DNA of 64,000 bases from positions 24,614,001 to 24,678,000 of the forward strand of contig NC_083283.1 in assembly GCF_963506605.1 (NCBI RefSeq), read 5' to 3'. Below the pieces are notes generated by a model. The model saw only the letters and a list, made by a program, of their open reading frames with translations, was not told the origin of the DNA and did not search any database. Of the stretch, positions 1 to 15,500 are shown one piece after another; position 1 is the first letter of the stretch; every line of letters starts with the position of its first letter. The stretch comes from Zootoca vivipara. Lineage: Eukaryota. Both the position numbers and the translations under genes were made by a program.

Positions 1-120
1 GTGCCACCACTGAGAAGGCCCTCTGCCTGGTTCCCTGCAACTTAGCTTCTCGCAACGAGGGAACCGCCAGAAGGCCCTCGGTACTGGACCTCAGTGTCCG
101 GGCAGAACGATGGGGGTGGA
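1..120 (-). mobile_element. L2-clade LINE fragment
   Basis: Closely similar to 52130-52250 of the L2 copy below. Confidence 0.8.
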
Positions 121-121
121 T

Positions 122-300
122 CAATTTGGAAATATGGAATAGGATGAACCTCTCTTTATTGGGAAGAATGGCAACTATAAAAATGAATGTACTTCCAAGG
201 ATGTTATTTCTTTTCCAAACTATCCCAGTAATAACGGGAAATGCACGCTTCAAAGAATGGCAAAGAGAGATTTCAATATTTGTCTGGAATAGGAAGAAAA
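122..300 (+). mobile_element. L1/Tx1-clade LINE ORF2 fragment
   Basis: LSLLGRMATIKMNVLPRMLFLFQTIP is the typical L1-clade post-RT motif. Confidence 0.75.
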
Positions 301-445
301 TTAATTATGAATTATTCAAACTGTTTTTTGCTTAAGGTAATGAGACAAATTCCAGTTGAAATGATTTTCAAATCCAGGACAAGGCCCTGTTTCGTTTATT
401 CTTCATCAGCTATAGTTTCATGGTCAAAGTGTACCAATTGTGTAC

Positions 446-685
446 ACTTTGGGTTAAATACGCTTCAGGTTGAGTACTCCGCGGACCCCTCTGGAACAGA
501 TTAATCCACTTTCCATTACTTTCACTGGGAAAGTTCGCTTCAGGTTAAGTATGCTTCAGTTTAAGTACTCCGCAGACCATCTGGAACGGATTAATCCACT
601 TTCCATTACTTTCAATGGGAAAGTTCACTTCAGGTTAAGTACAGACTTCCGGAACCAATTGTGTTTGTAAACCGACGTACCACTG
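446..685. mobile_element. TcMar/Tigger-like MITE, one end truncated, with an internal ~90-bp tandem duplication
   Basis: Ends gtaccactg-TA; same family as 44698-44869. Confidence 0.7.
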
Positions 686-1772
686 TAGCGGTTTTTTAAG
701 AAACAGCAGTATGTAATAAAAAGGAAACAAACCAGAAGTGGAAGTTGGGGGAAGCCCAGGGGGGGAGGGATGAGGTGATGTAATATGTTATTGATATGAG
801 ATGTATGTAATAATAGAAAAAGAAAACTGAATATAAATTTAATTTTTTTAAAAAGGAAGCCTCAGACCAGACAAAAGTACTTCTTCATACAAAAAAAAGA
901 AAAGAAAAGAAAGATCAGTTTACTGGTGTTCTTCCTTATTTTTGAAAGCAACAATGAAAAACCCAACAAGATCCAAAAGGCACATGTATTTTTACTACTG
1001 TAACATTAGTGGAAATAGGAACCCTTGGAAAACACAGATCGTTCATGACCAGAATTTCAAGATCTACAACAACGTGATCTGAAAGGTGCGGAGCACAGAT
1101 TTAATCTCTAACAAGATGGCTGATAGATTAAGCAGCAAAACGCATCAGCTACAGCCAAAGTAAAAATTGCTTCACATGTGATTTTTACTGGCATTGCTGT
1201 CACATGTGCTGGAAATCTGCATGCAGTGTACCCGCGATGTAGTGCATACGCAACGCTGTATACGTAGATTTCTTACACAGAAGCAGCATAAATTCCAAGC
1301 AAGCATTGCTTAGAAAGGAAGATCGACCACTGCATTATTGGTAATATTTATACACGTTTTATCTCAATGGATTTCAAGGTAATTTACAAAAAGTAAGACA
1401 CAAAGCAAAACAAAATAGACAATATAAGGAAACAAGCAGTAGATATAGGCAGGCAGTAGTTGTCAAGTTTTAAAATATTTAAGTCATCAGAAATCAAATG
1501 TTTTTCTCTCACACCTAAGAAAACAAGATTGGGACCAGACATACCCCCCTGGAAAGGTACCAACTGGGGTACCAAAAAAAGCCACCTCCTTTAAAAAAAA
1601 CAAAAACAAGATTGTACTGCGAAAAACAAACCATTCTCTTCTTTTACACATCCCCGTACATCAGTGATTTCAGAAAACAGGAAAAGTGAAGAGGAATACT
1701 TCATTTTAAGCAAAACTATGTGCAATAGATTCGTGCATATCCTGATTGTCGGGGAGGGGTAAGAATTAATTA

Positions 1773-5756
<3,984 letters not shown>

Positions 5757-6380
5757 GCCGACGGGGATGAGCCCCACAGAGGGAGGGGCGGGAAGAAGGA
5801 CCTTCACCAAACTTTTGGCAAAACCAGCCCAGCCAGCCCCCAACCCAGCCACCCCCCAAGCCGCCCTCCTCCTGTCCTGTGCAGGGAAGCAATACTACCC
5901 CCTTTCCAACCCTACACCTCCAGCCACCTCAGCTCTCCCTCAGTCCCTGCCCCACACCTGCATTTAGGAGAGCGGGGGCGTGGGGGGAGGCGCCTGCCCC
6001 ACGCGGCCTCTTTTTGTAGCTTAATTGCAACAGGAGCCAATTCCACAGCGCAGGGAGGGCAACACCCCTGCGAGGCGCGCAAATGGCTGCGGGCCGGGGC
6101 TGTTTGGGGATGTGGCTGTACCTGCCCCCTCCTCCGCCCCACGTGGTGCAGGTGAGAGAGACACACCTGAGGAAGGCCGCCCATTGGCTTCTCTCCCCGC
6201 AAGGGACGTGGCAACCGGGCGGGGGAGGAGGCGAGGGCGGGTCAGGGGAGCAGGCCGAGGGGCTTTAACCTAGGGACGGAGATTGCGCCGAGGTGAGGCG
6301 CCAGGGGACACCTGCTTGAGACGAAGGCGCACGCGATCGTGAGTCTGGAAGTCCCGGAAAAGGCTGACCGGCTCACTTCC
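5757..6380 (-). promoter_or_regulatory. ESRP1 5'UTR / CpG-island promoter with clustered CACCTG/CAGGTG E-boxes
   Basis: GC/CpG-rich; CACCTG at 5955, 6164, 6309; CAGGTG at 6149; TACCTG at 6119; CACGTG at 6140; GC boxes and CCAAT motifs. Confidence 0.7.
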
Positions 6381-6433
6381 ACGGCAGAGCCTTTTTCTTT
6401 ATTTCTTTGTATAGAGCTGCAAAATAAAGAAAG

Positions 6434-6740
6434 AGTGTGGTGTAGTGGTAAGAGTGTTGGGCAAGGACTAGAGGGGATACTGGTTTGTTTTGCTTTATTG
6501 TGTATTTCGCATTCTCATTTTGTGTTTTCCTTTTGTGAACCGGCCTGGGATTTTCTGAAGATAAATAAAAACATATTATTAATAGGACCTGGGAGACAAA
6601 AGGGCATGAAACTCACTGGGTCATCTTGGACCAGTCACTCTCAGCCTGCCTAACCGACCTCAGAGGGTTGTTGTGAAAATAAATTGGGGAGAACTATGCC
6701 ACCTTGAGCGCCTTGGAAGAATGGTGGGATATAAATGCAA
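6434..6740 (+). mobile_element. MIR/CORE-like SINE interrupted by a ~110-bp insertion
   Basis: Colinear with the uninterrupted copy at 51138-51325. Confidence 0.6.
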
Positions 6741-7521
6741 GTAGTAGTAGTAGTAATTAGCAAAACATTAATAACAACAGTAAGCCATCACGGGCATTGT
6801 TCAAAGCATTTCACACGCGTTACCTGGTTGTGATCCTTCCAACAACAGGTAGGTCAGCGTTCTTCCTCATATGGATGAGTGTTTGAAGGCTGGGGTGGGG
6901 TTGTTTAGGACCCACCCGGTGATTCATGGCAGAAGTAACATATACACCAGCCACTAGCTGTCTATGACTAGCCTACTAATAAAGGTTATTTGGCTGCAGT
7001 GCCTTGTTCATTTATTTGGGAAGGAGCCCAGTGAGGCCTACTTCCAAGTAAACAGGCACAAGGTCAGGCTTCTTGTTTGGGTGCCAAGGATAACGGAAGG
7101 ACATGTACAAGGGAACATACCGAGTGGTGTCAGAAAATGGAATCTGAAAGGATGGCAGAGATCGGACAAACAGAGAAGAGGCGACACGCCCAGGTTGGTG
7201 AGGATCGGGAAAACAATATAGTCAAGTAACGTTAAAGGACCTGGGCATGTTTAGCTGAAAAATATGAAGGGGAGAAGCAACAACTGCCTCCAAATATATG
7301 AAGGGCTGTTGTGCAAAAAAAAGTTGGAGCATAGGCTAGTTCCCTGTTGAATCTGGGACCTTCTGCACACAAAGAATGTGCTCTGTGTCCTCTGCGGCTA
7401 TGGTTCCCCCCCCCCAGCCCACCCCAACAACAACAATAGGCTATATGTACGGATCTATCCGTTAGAGATAAATATTCCTCCTTCCGACGATTAGACCCAT
7501 TGGTCTGACCAAGTTTCATCT

Positions 7522-7830
7522 TCATAGGATCGTAGAGTTGGAAGGGACCCGAGGGTCATCTAGTCCAACCCCTTGCAATACATAAATCTCAGCTAGAGCA
7601 TCCATGACAGCTGGCTTATCCAACCTCTGCTTTAAAACCTCCAAAGTAGGAGAGTCTACAACCTCCCGAGGGAGACTGTTCCGCGCTGTTGAACAGCTCT
7701 TACTTTCAGAAAGTGTTTTCCCTCCCATATGTTTAGTCGGAATCTCCTTTCTTGTAACTTGAACCCATGGGTTCCAGTCCTACACTCCTTAAGATACAGT
7801 ATTTGCAAATGGCTATCATCTCTCCTCTCA
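7522..7830 (-). mobile_element. CR1 LINE 3' fragment
   Basis: Translation NSLPREVVDSPTLEVLKQRLD is the CR1 ORF2 C-terminus; CR1 3' tail. Other tails near 7940-8005, 9430-9510 and 41030-41110. Confidence 0.8.
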
Positions 7831-8744
7831 GCGCTCCTCGTAAGGCTTGGTTTTCATAACCTTGAAGGATATGATCTGTCCCCCTCCCAACTGCTACTAC
7901 TCCCCCCCTTAAAAAAAAGTCTATGGGGAGGGGAATATTGCATTGCAGGGGGTTGGGCGAGATTACCTTCGGGGTTCCTTACAACTCTGGGAATTCTATG
8001 GTTCTTTTAACTCTGCCCTTGAGATGCCCTGCACTCCGGGTTATGGAAAGACCGGTTCATCAGCGGTGGGGAAAAGGTCAATTCCTGGGTGCAGCGGGGA
8101 AACCAGCAGCTCCTTTCAGGATCACCTGGCTTGGTGCGCCCAAGATCTCTAGAATTTGGATCGCGCGCTCCCTCGTTCGGTGGACACTACACCCCGCTGC
8201 CGCCCTAGTGTTTCTTAAGCTGGAGTCCCTTGCTAGTGTTGGGCTGCAACTCCCACACTCCCTAGCTAGCAGTACCAGCGGGCAGGCTTGATAGGAGCCG
8301 TCCAACAACAGCAAGGGACCCAAAAGGACCTCCAAGAAGCCATCCGGCTTTATAGAATGATTTTCAATAAGCTGGAAATAGTTCCTCTGTGGCAGCTTTT
8401 GCAGCCCAAGAAAACGCCCACTGGGCCCGAAGCTGCCGAAATAAAAGACTGGAGATTAATAACAGCTGTCCCGTGGGTAGCGTTGGTTTCCTGCGATTTG
8501 ACAGGCTGCAAGCAGTTTGAAGAGTCCGCCATGGGCGCAGCTGCCTTCCCAAATCAAGTAGATAAACAAGAATACTTAACTAAAACTAGAAATGATAGAA
8601 AGATTTTGACAGTTTTTTCCCAAGTGCTTGAGGTCAAAAGAAAATAATTCAAAACAACTGTTGCCAAGACATTTAATTCCGAATCTGCTAGACAGTGAGA
8701 ATGGTGACCATGGGGTTGAGAAACCGAATGGACTGGGACAGATG

Positions 8745-8880
8745 GACATCCCCAAACTTCGGCCCTCCAGATGTTTTAGACTACAATTCCCATCTTCCCC
8801 GACCACTGGTCCTGTTAGCTTGGGATAATGGGAGTTGTAGGCCAAAACATATGGAGGGCCGCAGTTTGGGGGTGCCTGGT
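8745..8880. mobile_element. Palindromic squamate MITE (actacaa-tcccatc family)
   Basis: Inverted arms ccccaaac...ggccctcca / tggagggcc...gtttgggg; sister copy 26921-27056. Confidence 0.7.
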
Positions 8881-11800
8881 CACTGAGCAAATCTATAGCA
8901 TACTTACCAGGAAGTAAGTCTCAATAAGCTGCTCTCTTCATTAAGAGTGCGTCCCTGTGACTGATTTTTCAGGAACACGTGTGGAATTGGGAAGCATTTC
9001 TTTGCACATTTCCTAGAGGAAGGAAACTCCATTTATCACAGCGGGACTGACTTCTGAGCAAGGAAGTTGTTACAGTTAAATCCCTATTTCCTCCAAAAAG
9101 CTCAAGGTGGCGTACGATATTCTTCCACAACGCTGAGAAGGTAGATTAGCACAACTATTCCCAAATCACACATTGAGATTAATGGCCAAGTGCAGATTTG
9201 AATCCTGGTCTCCAAGGTTCCAATTCTTCGACCCCACTACAAGAGCCTTATGTTCACACCTTGGGAGCTACTTCCGAATTAAGCGTGGTTTCTTATTTTT
9301 ATAGAAGGCTGGATAGTAGCACTGTTCTCTGGGCGGCTTAATGAAGCATAAAATGACAAAACATAAATTGAGAACACACAGTGCCCTAAAACAGATGGCT
9401 GGCCGACGGCCGTCTATCATGTATGATCCACTTGCGATTCCTGCATCGCAGGGGGTTGGACTAAAGGACCCTTAGGGGTCCCTTCCAACTCTCCTATTCT
9501 TTGCTTCTGTAAAAACAACCCCAAATCCTGAGAACTTGCAGTGCAATCCTACTCAAAGGTTAAGTCCCTTTGAGTTTAACAGGGTTTACTCCCAATAAAG
9601 TGGGCATAGGATTTCAGCCTTAGAATACCCACTATTGAACTGAATGCGGGTTTACAGTCCCATCCCATTGTGTGTGTTTGTTTGCTCAAAAGTCGCTTTG
9701 AGTCGCCCTGGCAAAAAAGCGACTAATAAATGTACTGTAATATTATTAATAGTTCCAGCCGCTTATTCGGAAACAATGGAGAAGGGTTACATGCAGCAGG
9801 TTTTCCAGGTTCAATTCCCAACATCCCCAAGTAGATCTGCAGAAACCCCGGAGAAACCCTGCCAGTCTGGGCGCATCTCTAGATCGATCCATTGCTCTGA
9901 CTCGGAATAAGGCAGGTTGTTTTTTTTTTGTTTATAGGGAATGGCAAGGCGGAGACAAGTTAGACAAACAACTTGGCGCGGTAGGTCTCTTTCCACTTGA
10001 TGATGGCGCAAGAGTTTTTTTTTTTGTTTTTTTTGCGGAGTGCCTGAGATTTGCGCGCTGCAGACTTACCACAGCAGAGCGCAAAACAAAACCAGGAAAA
10101 GGCGAGGGCGGAGGAAGAGAGTATTTTGCGTGGGAATAGTCTTGCCCCCTGTGGTCTGTTTCAAGACAGGGTTGCTGGCTTATATATATACAGTATTTCC
10201 TTTTCAAGTTAATACGGAGCGGGAGCACACTGTCCCCTTTTTTCTTTTAAGGGGTGGTGGCGGTGCGTGCTTTGGCGACTGATTTCAGACAGATGCCATT
10301 TTCATAGACTCTCACAGTGTGCTCTTTATATTGGAGCTCTTCGGTGGCTCTCCTACTTGCTGATGCGATTTCCAGAAGAAAGGAGCCGCGAGTCGCGAGC
10401 CTTCCATGCGCATACCATCCTAGTCCGATTCCACTTTTTAGCCTTTTATCAGCTCAGCTCCATCCTGCCGCCCTCCCGCTCTCTGCAAAAAAAAAAAAAA
10501 AGGTTGGAGAAGCAGTTGCTGCAAAGTCGTGCGCGCAGTTCCGGGCGGGCAGCTGCCTGCCTGCAGGAAGCAGTGCCCGAGCAGGAGCTTTGTGGCGCCG
10601 CCGGACTGGGCGATCAGGTTTGGGAGGAGCGAGCCGCCGCGCTCGGAATTAACATGCTCAGCGTTACCAGTACTCCCCGCCCTCTTTTTCAGGGCAAATG
10701 ATTTCTCACCGTAAGCAACAATCGGGGACACACATACACACACACGGGGGAAATATCATCAGTCATTCCTGGCAATTCTTGGCCGTCTGCACGCAGCGGC
10801 TGCGGGCGAACTGTCTCTGCACCGGCTGCCATTCATAAAATTTTTTACCAACATCTCTTCTCAATGGAACATTTTGAGTCTGCGCACTGCACTGCAGTTC
10901 GCTCGCCTGCGAGGTTGCGTGTGGGAGGTTGCTTCGGATTCGAAGAGCTCCTTCTTAGCCTCTGGCCAGAGTAGCCGTGCCAAAAGGGGGTGGCTGCGGG
11001 GAAGAGAGACACAGAGCAATCTTATCTACTCAGAAGTGAGTCACACAGGTATCTCTGTTGGGCCTCTGGGAGTTAGGGAGAATCCCGATGTAGCAATATT
11101 TATGGCATTGACATTTCTTCCTTCAAGGCAAGGGTAGCCATTCCTATGTTATAGGGCCCCTAACTCCCATCAGCGTCCGCCGGCATGGCCAAGGTCAGGC
11201 ATGACGGAGTATGGTCTTGGTGGATCCATGTTTCTGCCCCCAAAGCACAAGATATGTGATTTATACCGTTCAGTCCTCCGAGACAGATGTGGTCTGTGAT
11301 CTAATGGTAGGTTTTTGGGGGTGGGGGTGGATGGTATATTTTGTAAATAATTATTATGTGAATTCGAGAGGACACATTTTTTAAATCCTGGATGTGACTT
11401 CTACCAGATCCTCTAACAAGTACAGGCTGGCTTATAAGCAGTAGTGTATGGTTGTAAATAAATGTTTATCACATCATAGTTTGCCTGCGATGTGGCGCTC
11501 TTTTTATTGTCAACGTTCAATGATTTGAGGATTATAGAATTACTTTCAGCAAGTCTACGCACATTCAGAAGCAGGTATCGCTGTTTACTCAGACACAAGT
11601 ATGCACAGGAGCGTAGTTTGATCCTATGCAGTATCAGTTGAAGCAATTCTCACTGTTTAAAGGAGCGTACTCCCAGGAGCGGATTCAATGCAACTTCATT
11701 TTGAGACCCACCCCCCGCAATTAAGTGGCATATACATTTTATGAAACAAACGAACAAATTTGTAGGGTAGAGCTGTTGCGCCTTTAATAAATGTGTGAAA

Positions 11801-12099
11801 GAGGGAATTTCAGCAGGTGTAGCAGCATAACAAGCCACACCTACTGAAATCCCCTCTAACACACAATTATTAAAGGTGCAGGAGTTTTGTTCCTCTTCAC
11901 CCAACTTCCGCAGCTGGACACCCTGTTTACTCGGAAGGCACTCTCCCTGTACCAAATGCTTCTTACTCCCAAGTAAGGCTGCAGAGGTCTAAACCCCGAT
12001 CCCACGTAGAAAGATTACTCAGAAACAACGCACTTGATTAATGGGGATCATTCCCAAGTAAGGGCACATTGCATACCACGCCTTAACCGCACCCCCCCC

Positions 12100-12500
12100 A
12101 CACAACTACTGTACATGGCCTTTGCTTCTCCAAAAAGCACGTTGTGCAGCTGAGAAGCATCTATTTTCTGAACGGCTGGAAAGAAGCTTAGTGCGCATGC
12201 GCCCCCTGCTCCGCTGCATGCCATTCCTCCTTGTCTCCGGAAGTGCTTCTCGTGTCAGGCGAGGTGCTTCCGCCGAAGGAAAATGGCGGCGGACACAACA
12301 ACGGAGCTTCTGTTTTTAGACACTTTCAAGCACCAGAGCACAGAGGTAACGGGGGAGGCGAGGGCCGATTCCTTCTGTTTGACGGGCGCCCAAAGAGGAC
12401 GGGCATAGTGGAGTTTTAGTCTTTTTTGCTCCAGGGACGAGGGTTGATTTTATGCGGAGGGGTCGGACCCTTGGGGCGGGGCTAGAGCCCCTTTCCTCTC
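12100..12500 (+). promoter_or_regulatory. VIRMA housekeeping-type CpG promoter
   Basis: NRF1 TGCGCATGCGC 12192-12202; ETS/GABP CCGGAAGTG 12237-12245; YY1-type AAAATGGCGGC overlapping the ATG. Confidence 0.75.
12283..12345 (+). CDS. VIRMA: VIRMA exon 1
   Basis: ATG 12283; GAG|GTAAC. Confidence 0.95.
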
Positions 12501-15500
12501 TCTGGCCCCACAAAGGAAACTGGTCATCGTGCATCGAGAGTAGTGACAGCTCTGACCCGTTTCGTTCTTTAGTAGGTGCACCTGCGTCTTCGTATAGAAG
12601 TTCACACGCATGTACAGATGTAAACATTTTTCTTTTTTTGGGGGGAGGGGTTCGACTATAGGAATGGGATGCCTTACCTTTAGTAAAAATAAAAAGCCTG
12701 TCAGTTGTCTAGGTGTTGTTTAATCTTAAATACCTGCTACTCTGTGGCAATTACTAACATCGATTATAACCCATGATAACACACTCTGAATATTGTTGGA
12801 TTCCAAGTTATGCCAGCCCAACCGATGTAGCCAGTAGTGGGAGGAAATGGGAGTTGCAGTTCGGTAGCATCAGGAGGGCCATAGTTCCCCACCCCTGGGA
12901 TAGAAAAAGCCAGTAGAAGTGGGAGTAACAGCAATAGTTTAAGTCGAAACAATCATGGGCTAATTGGAGATCTTAAGTATGTGCAGCCTTACTGACAATT
13001 TGTATTGCCCTGTTTGTATGTTATTATGTAGAGGAGATTATTGATGAGGTTAAAAACCCTTAATGTATAGAGCCATCAAAGTCCAGTACTACGTGCTTTC
13101 CAAGCAGCTGAATTATCTGCATGTTGTTGTAGCTGTGCTTCTGATGCCCCCTGCCTTGACATGGGAATCTGGCCCAGCACTTTTTTCTCCTGCGCTAGTA
13201 GGTTGGGTAAAACAAATCTTTTAAGTCTCTTAAGTTGTGAGATACTGTGAAAAGTAGAATGCATCTTCTGTCTTTGTCTTTCTCTACTCAAATCTGCCGA
13301 AAGCATAAGTATGCAATGCAGTAGACTATATGGCTTGGTGAGAGATAGGGAGCAGGTAGAGTCCCTTCTATTCCCTGTGTGTGATATCATTTGTGTCTGT
13401 GAAAATGGTAATACAGGTGAGGTGGGCTGAATTCTGAATTATTGTTTGTGCTGTTGCACCTAACTACACAAACACTAGCATTAATTTGTCAAATTTAGTT
13501 ACCTGCGAACTGCTGGAAACCATTTTCAAATATTTTCTCATACATATCCGGTACACTTATGCATGCCTCTTTTTTTTGGAGTAAGGGGAGTCTATGCATG
13601 CCAAATGACCCATATGTTGGGTTAGGAATATTTATTTGGATTTCAGTACATTTCATCATGCAAGTATAACCAGATGTATGCTGCAATTGTTTATACTGTA
13701 TTATATTTTGCCTCTTGACCTTTACCCACTAAGACACTTGCTCACTCAACAAATGTGGAGCATGTGAAGTTGCTACTTGTGCTTAAAGTGAAATATTCAT
13801 TAGATGGACTGTAGTGTTCTTAAACTTTTGAAGACCAGATGGAAGATGCTTGTGAAAATGCTGACTGGAGCTAATGGGAGCTGAAGCCAAGCAACATCTG
13901 GGCTTGGGGAAGGCTGGGGTATATATACGGTATGCTTACATATAGCAGAGGCCTGCATTCCTTTTCACCCTCCAAGCTGAATACAGCTTGCCATGTATCT
14001 TATCAGGTACAGTACATGTATCTATCATTTGTATTATGCCTTCCCACCAAATGGTGCTCAAGGCACCAAAAATATGCCATTTTGGGGGCAAGTAGGAAAC
14101 AAGAAGGTTAGGGAGTCACTAGTGGGTTGTGTTTGACTTCATAGGCCACAAATGTATTAATTTAGAAAAAAATATTCTGTGCTTCCCTTCAATAAAATTC
14201 CTCAGTGTGGTGTACAATACAGTAATAGAAGAGCAAAACAAACAAAAAAACCAGCAGAAGTTGTAGACTTTTTTATTCCCTTCTTAAAATGACTTATCTT
14301 TAATAAATATTAAAACAATTTGCCTAATAGCCATTTGAACTGAAATGCTTTACTGAGCATAAAATAAGATGGGCACATTTCAGTCCTGTAAAATAGTGAT
14401 ATTTCCAGCCTGAGCTCCGTTTGCATGAACAATACAACCCTGAGCATATTTACTCAGATGTAAGTACTTTTTAGGATGGCAGCCTCAGGAATTGGTGAAA
14501 GGCTTCCTCTGGTAACATTTAATGGTTACTTTTTTACCTGGATCATCTGTAGCCAGATGTAGCTTTATAAAGGCATGCTATGGCCATTGAATGTGCATTT
14601 AAATACTGATAGGTGACTGAGTCATTGTGTGAAGCTTTAAATCTTCATGCTTTTCTTGTTCTTTTACTACCGTGTTTCATACTAATATCATGCAGCTTTC
14701 CTTTTGTTATGGCCAAGTACCAGGCTTTCTGCATATACACCTTCTGTCTTGCTTTCCCCTCTTTCCTGTAGCACATTGCAAACTTTTTCTGTATTCCTCA
14801 GTTCCTGTTGGATCATTGTCTATTCTGTCTTTCTGTTCATCCAATCAAACTCTTGGTTCATCATCTCTTCCTGCACCTCAGTTACCTGATGTCAGAATAT
14901 AGCTTTCTGTCTTTTTGATAACATTGAACATTCATTTTTTAACAGCAATGTTTGATTGGCCCAATCCCATAGTAGTTGTGAATATTCCATGACATCCCAG
15001 CAGCCCAGATAATGCCTTAGGCTGTGGTTTTGTGAAGTGAGTGAAAGAGAGTTTAGAGACTTATTGTATATAAAAATAATATAGCAATGCATATCAGTAT
15101 GGGATGCATGCTGTTAAAATACTCATTAAAAAGGTAGGCAACTATTAATATAACAAAAGCAAAATTAATTTTTACTCTTCAAAAGCCGCACTCAGTGGCT
15201 GAATGTCACCTCTGAATTTTATTTTTTTATGTCCTTGCCTGTCGCAAATGGTAAGCAGCATGGTGTGGGTGGCACTTGTCAGGAAAAGTGGGTGGATACA
15301 GCTGTCATATCATTGCTGGCCTTTTAGACAATTTATGGGTGCTGTGCCATGTATTTTAACCTTCATGAATTTTGTTCACTTTGTTTTTGTTTTTGATAGC
15401 AAAGTAGTAATGTAGATGTGGTTCGCTTTCCATGCGTGGTTTACATCAATGAAGTACGTGTCATCCCTCCAGGAGTAAGAGCTCATTCTAACTTACCTGA

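Noticed and set aside
455-640. Direct repeats as a CRISPR-like array (also 46424-46544)
   Set aside because: Two-unit internal duplications in MITEs; eukaryotic context, no spacers or cas genes.
5757-5852. In-frame N-terminal extension of ESRP1 from a GTG
   Set aside because: Similarity starts at the ATG at 5756; the open frame is expected in GC-rich UTR.
7729-11137. Several 60-144 aa ORFs between ESRP1 and VIRMA
   Set aside because: No recognisable domains, overlapping in multiple frames and partly repeat-derived.
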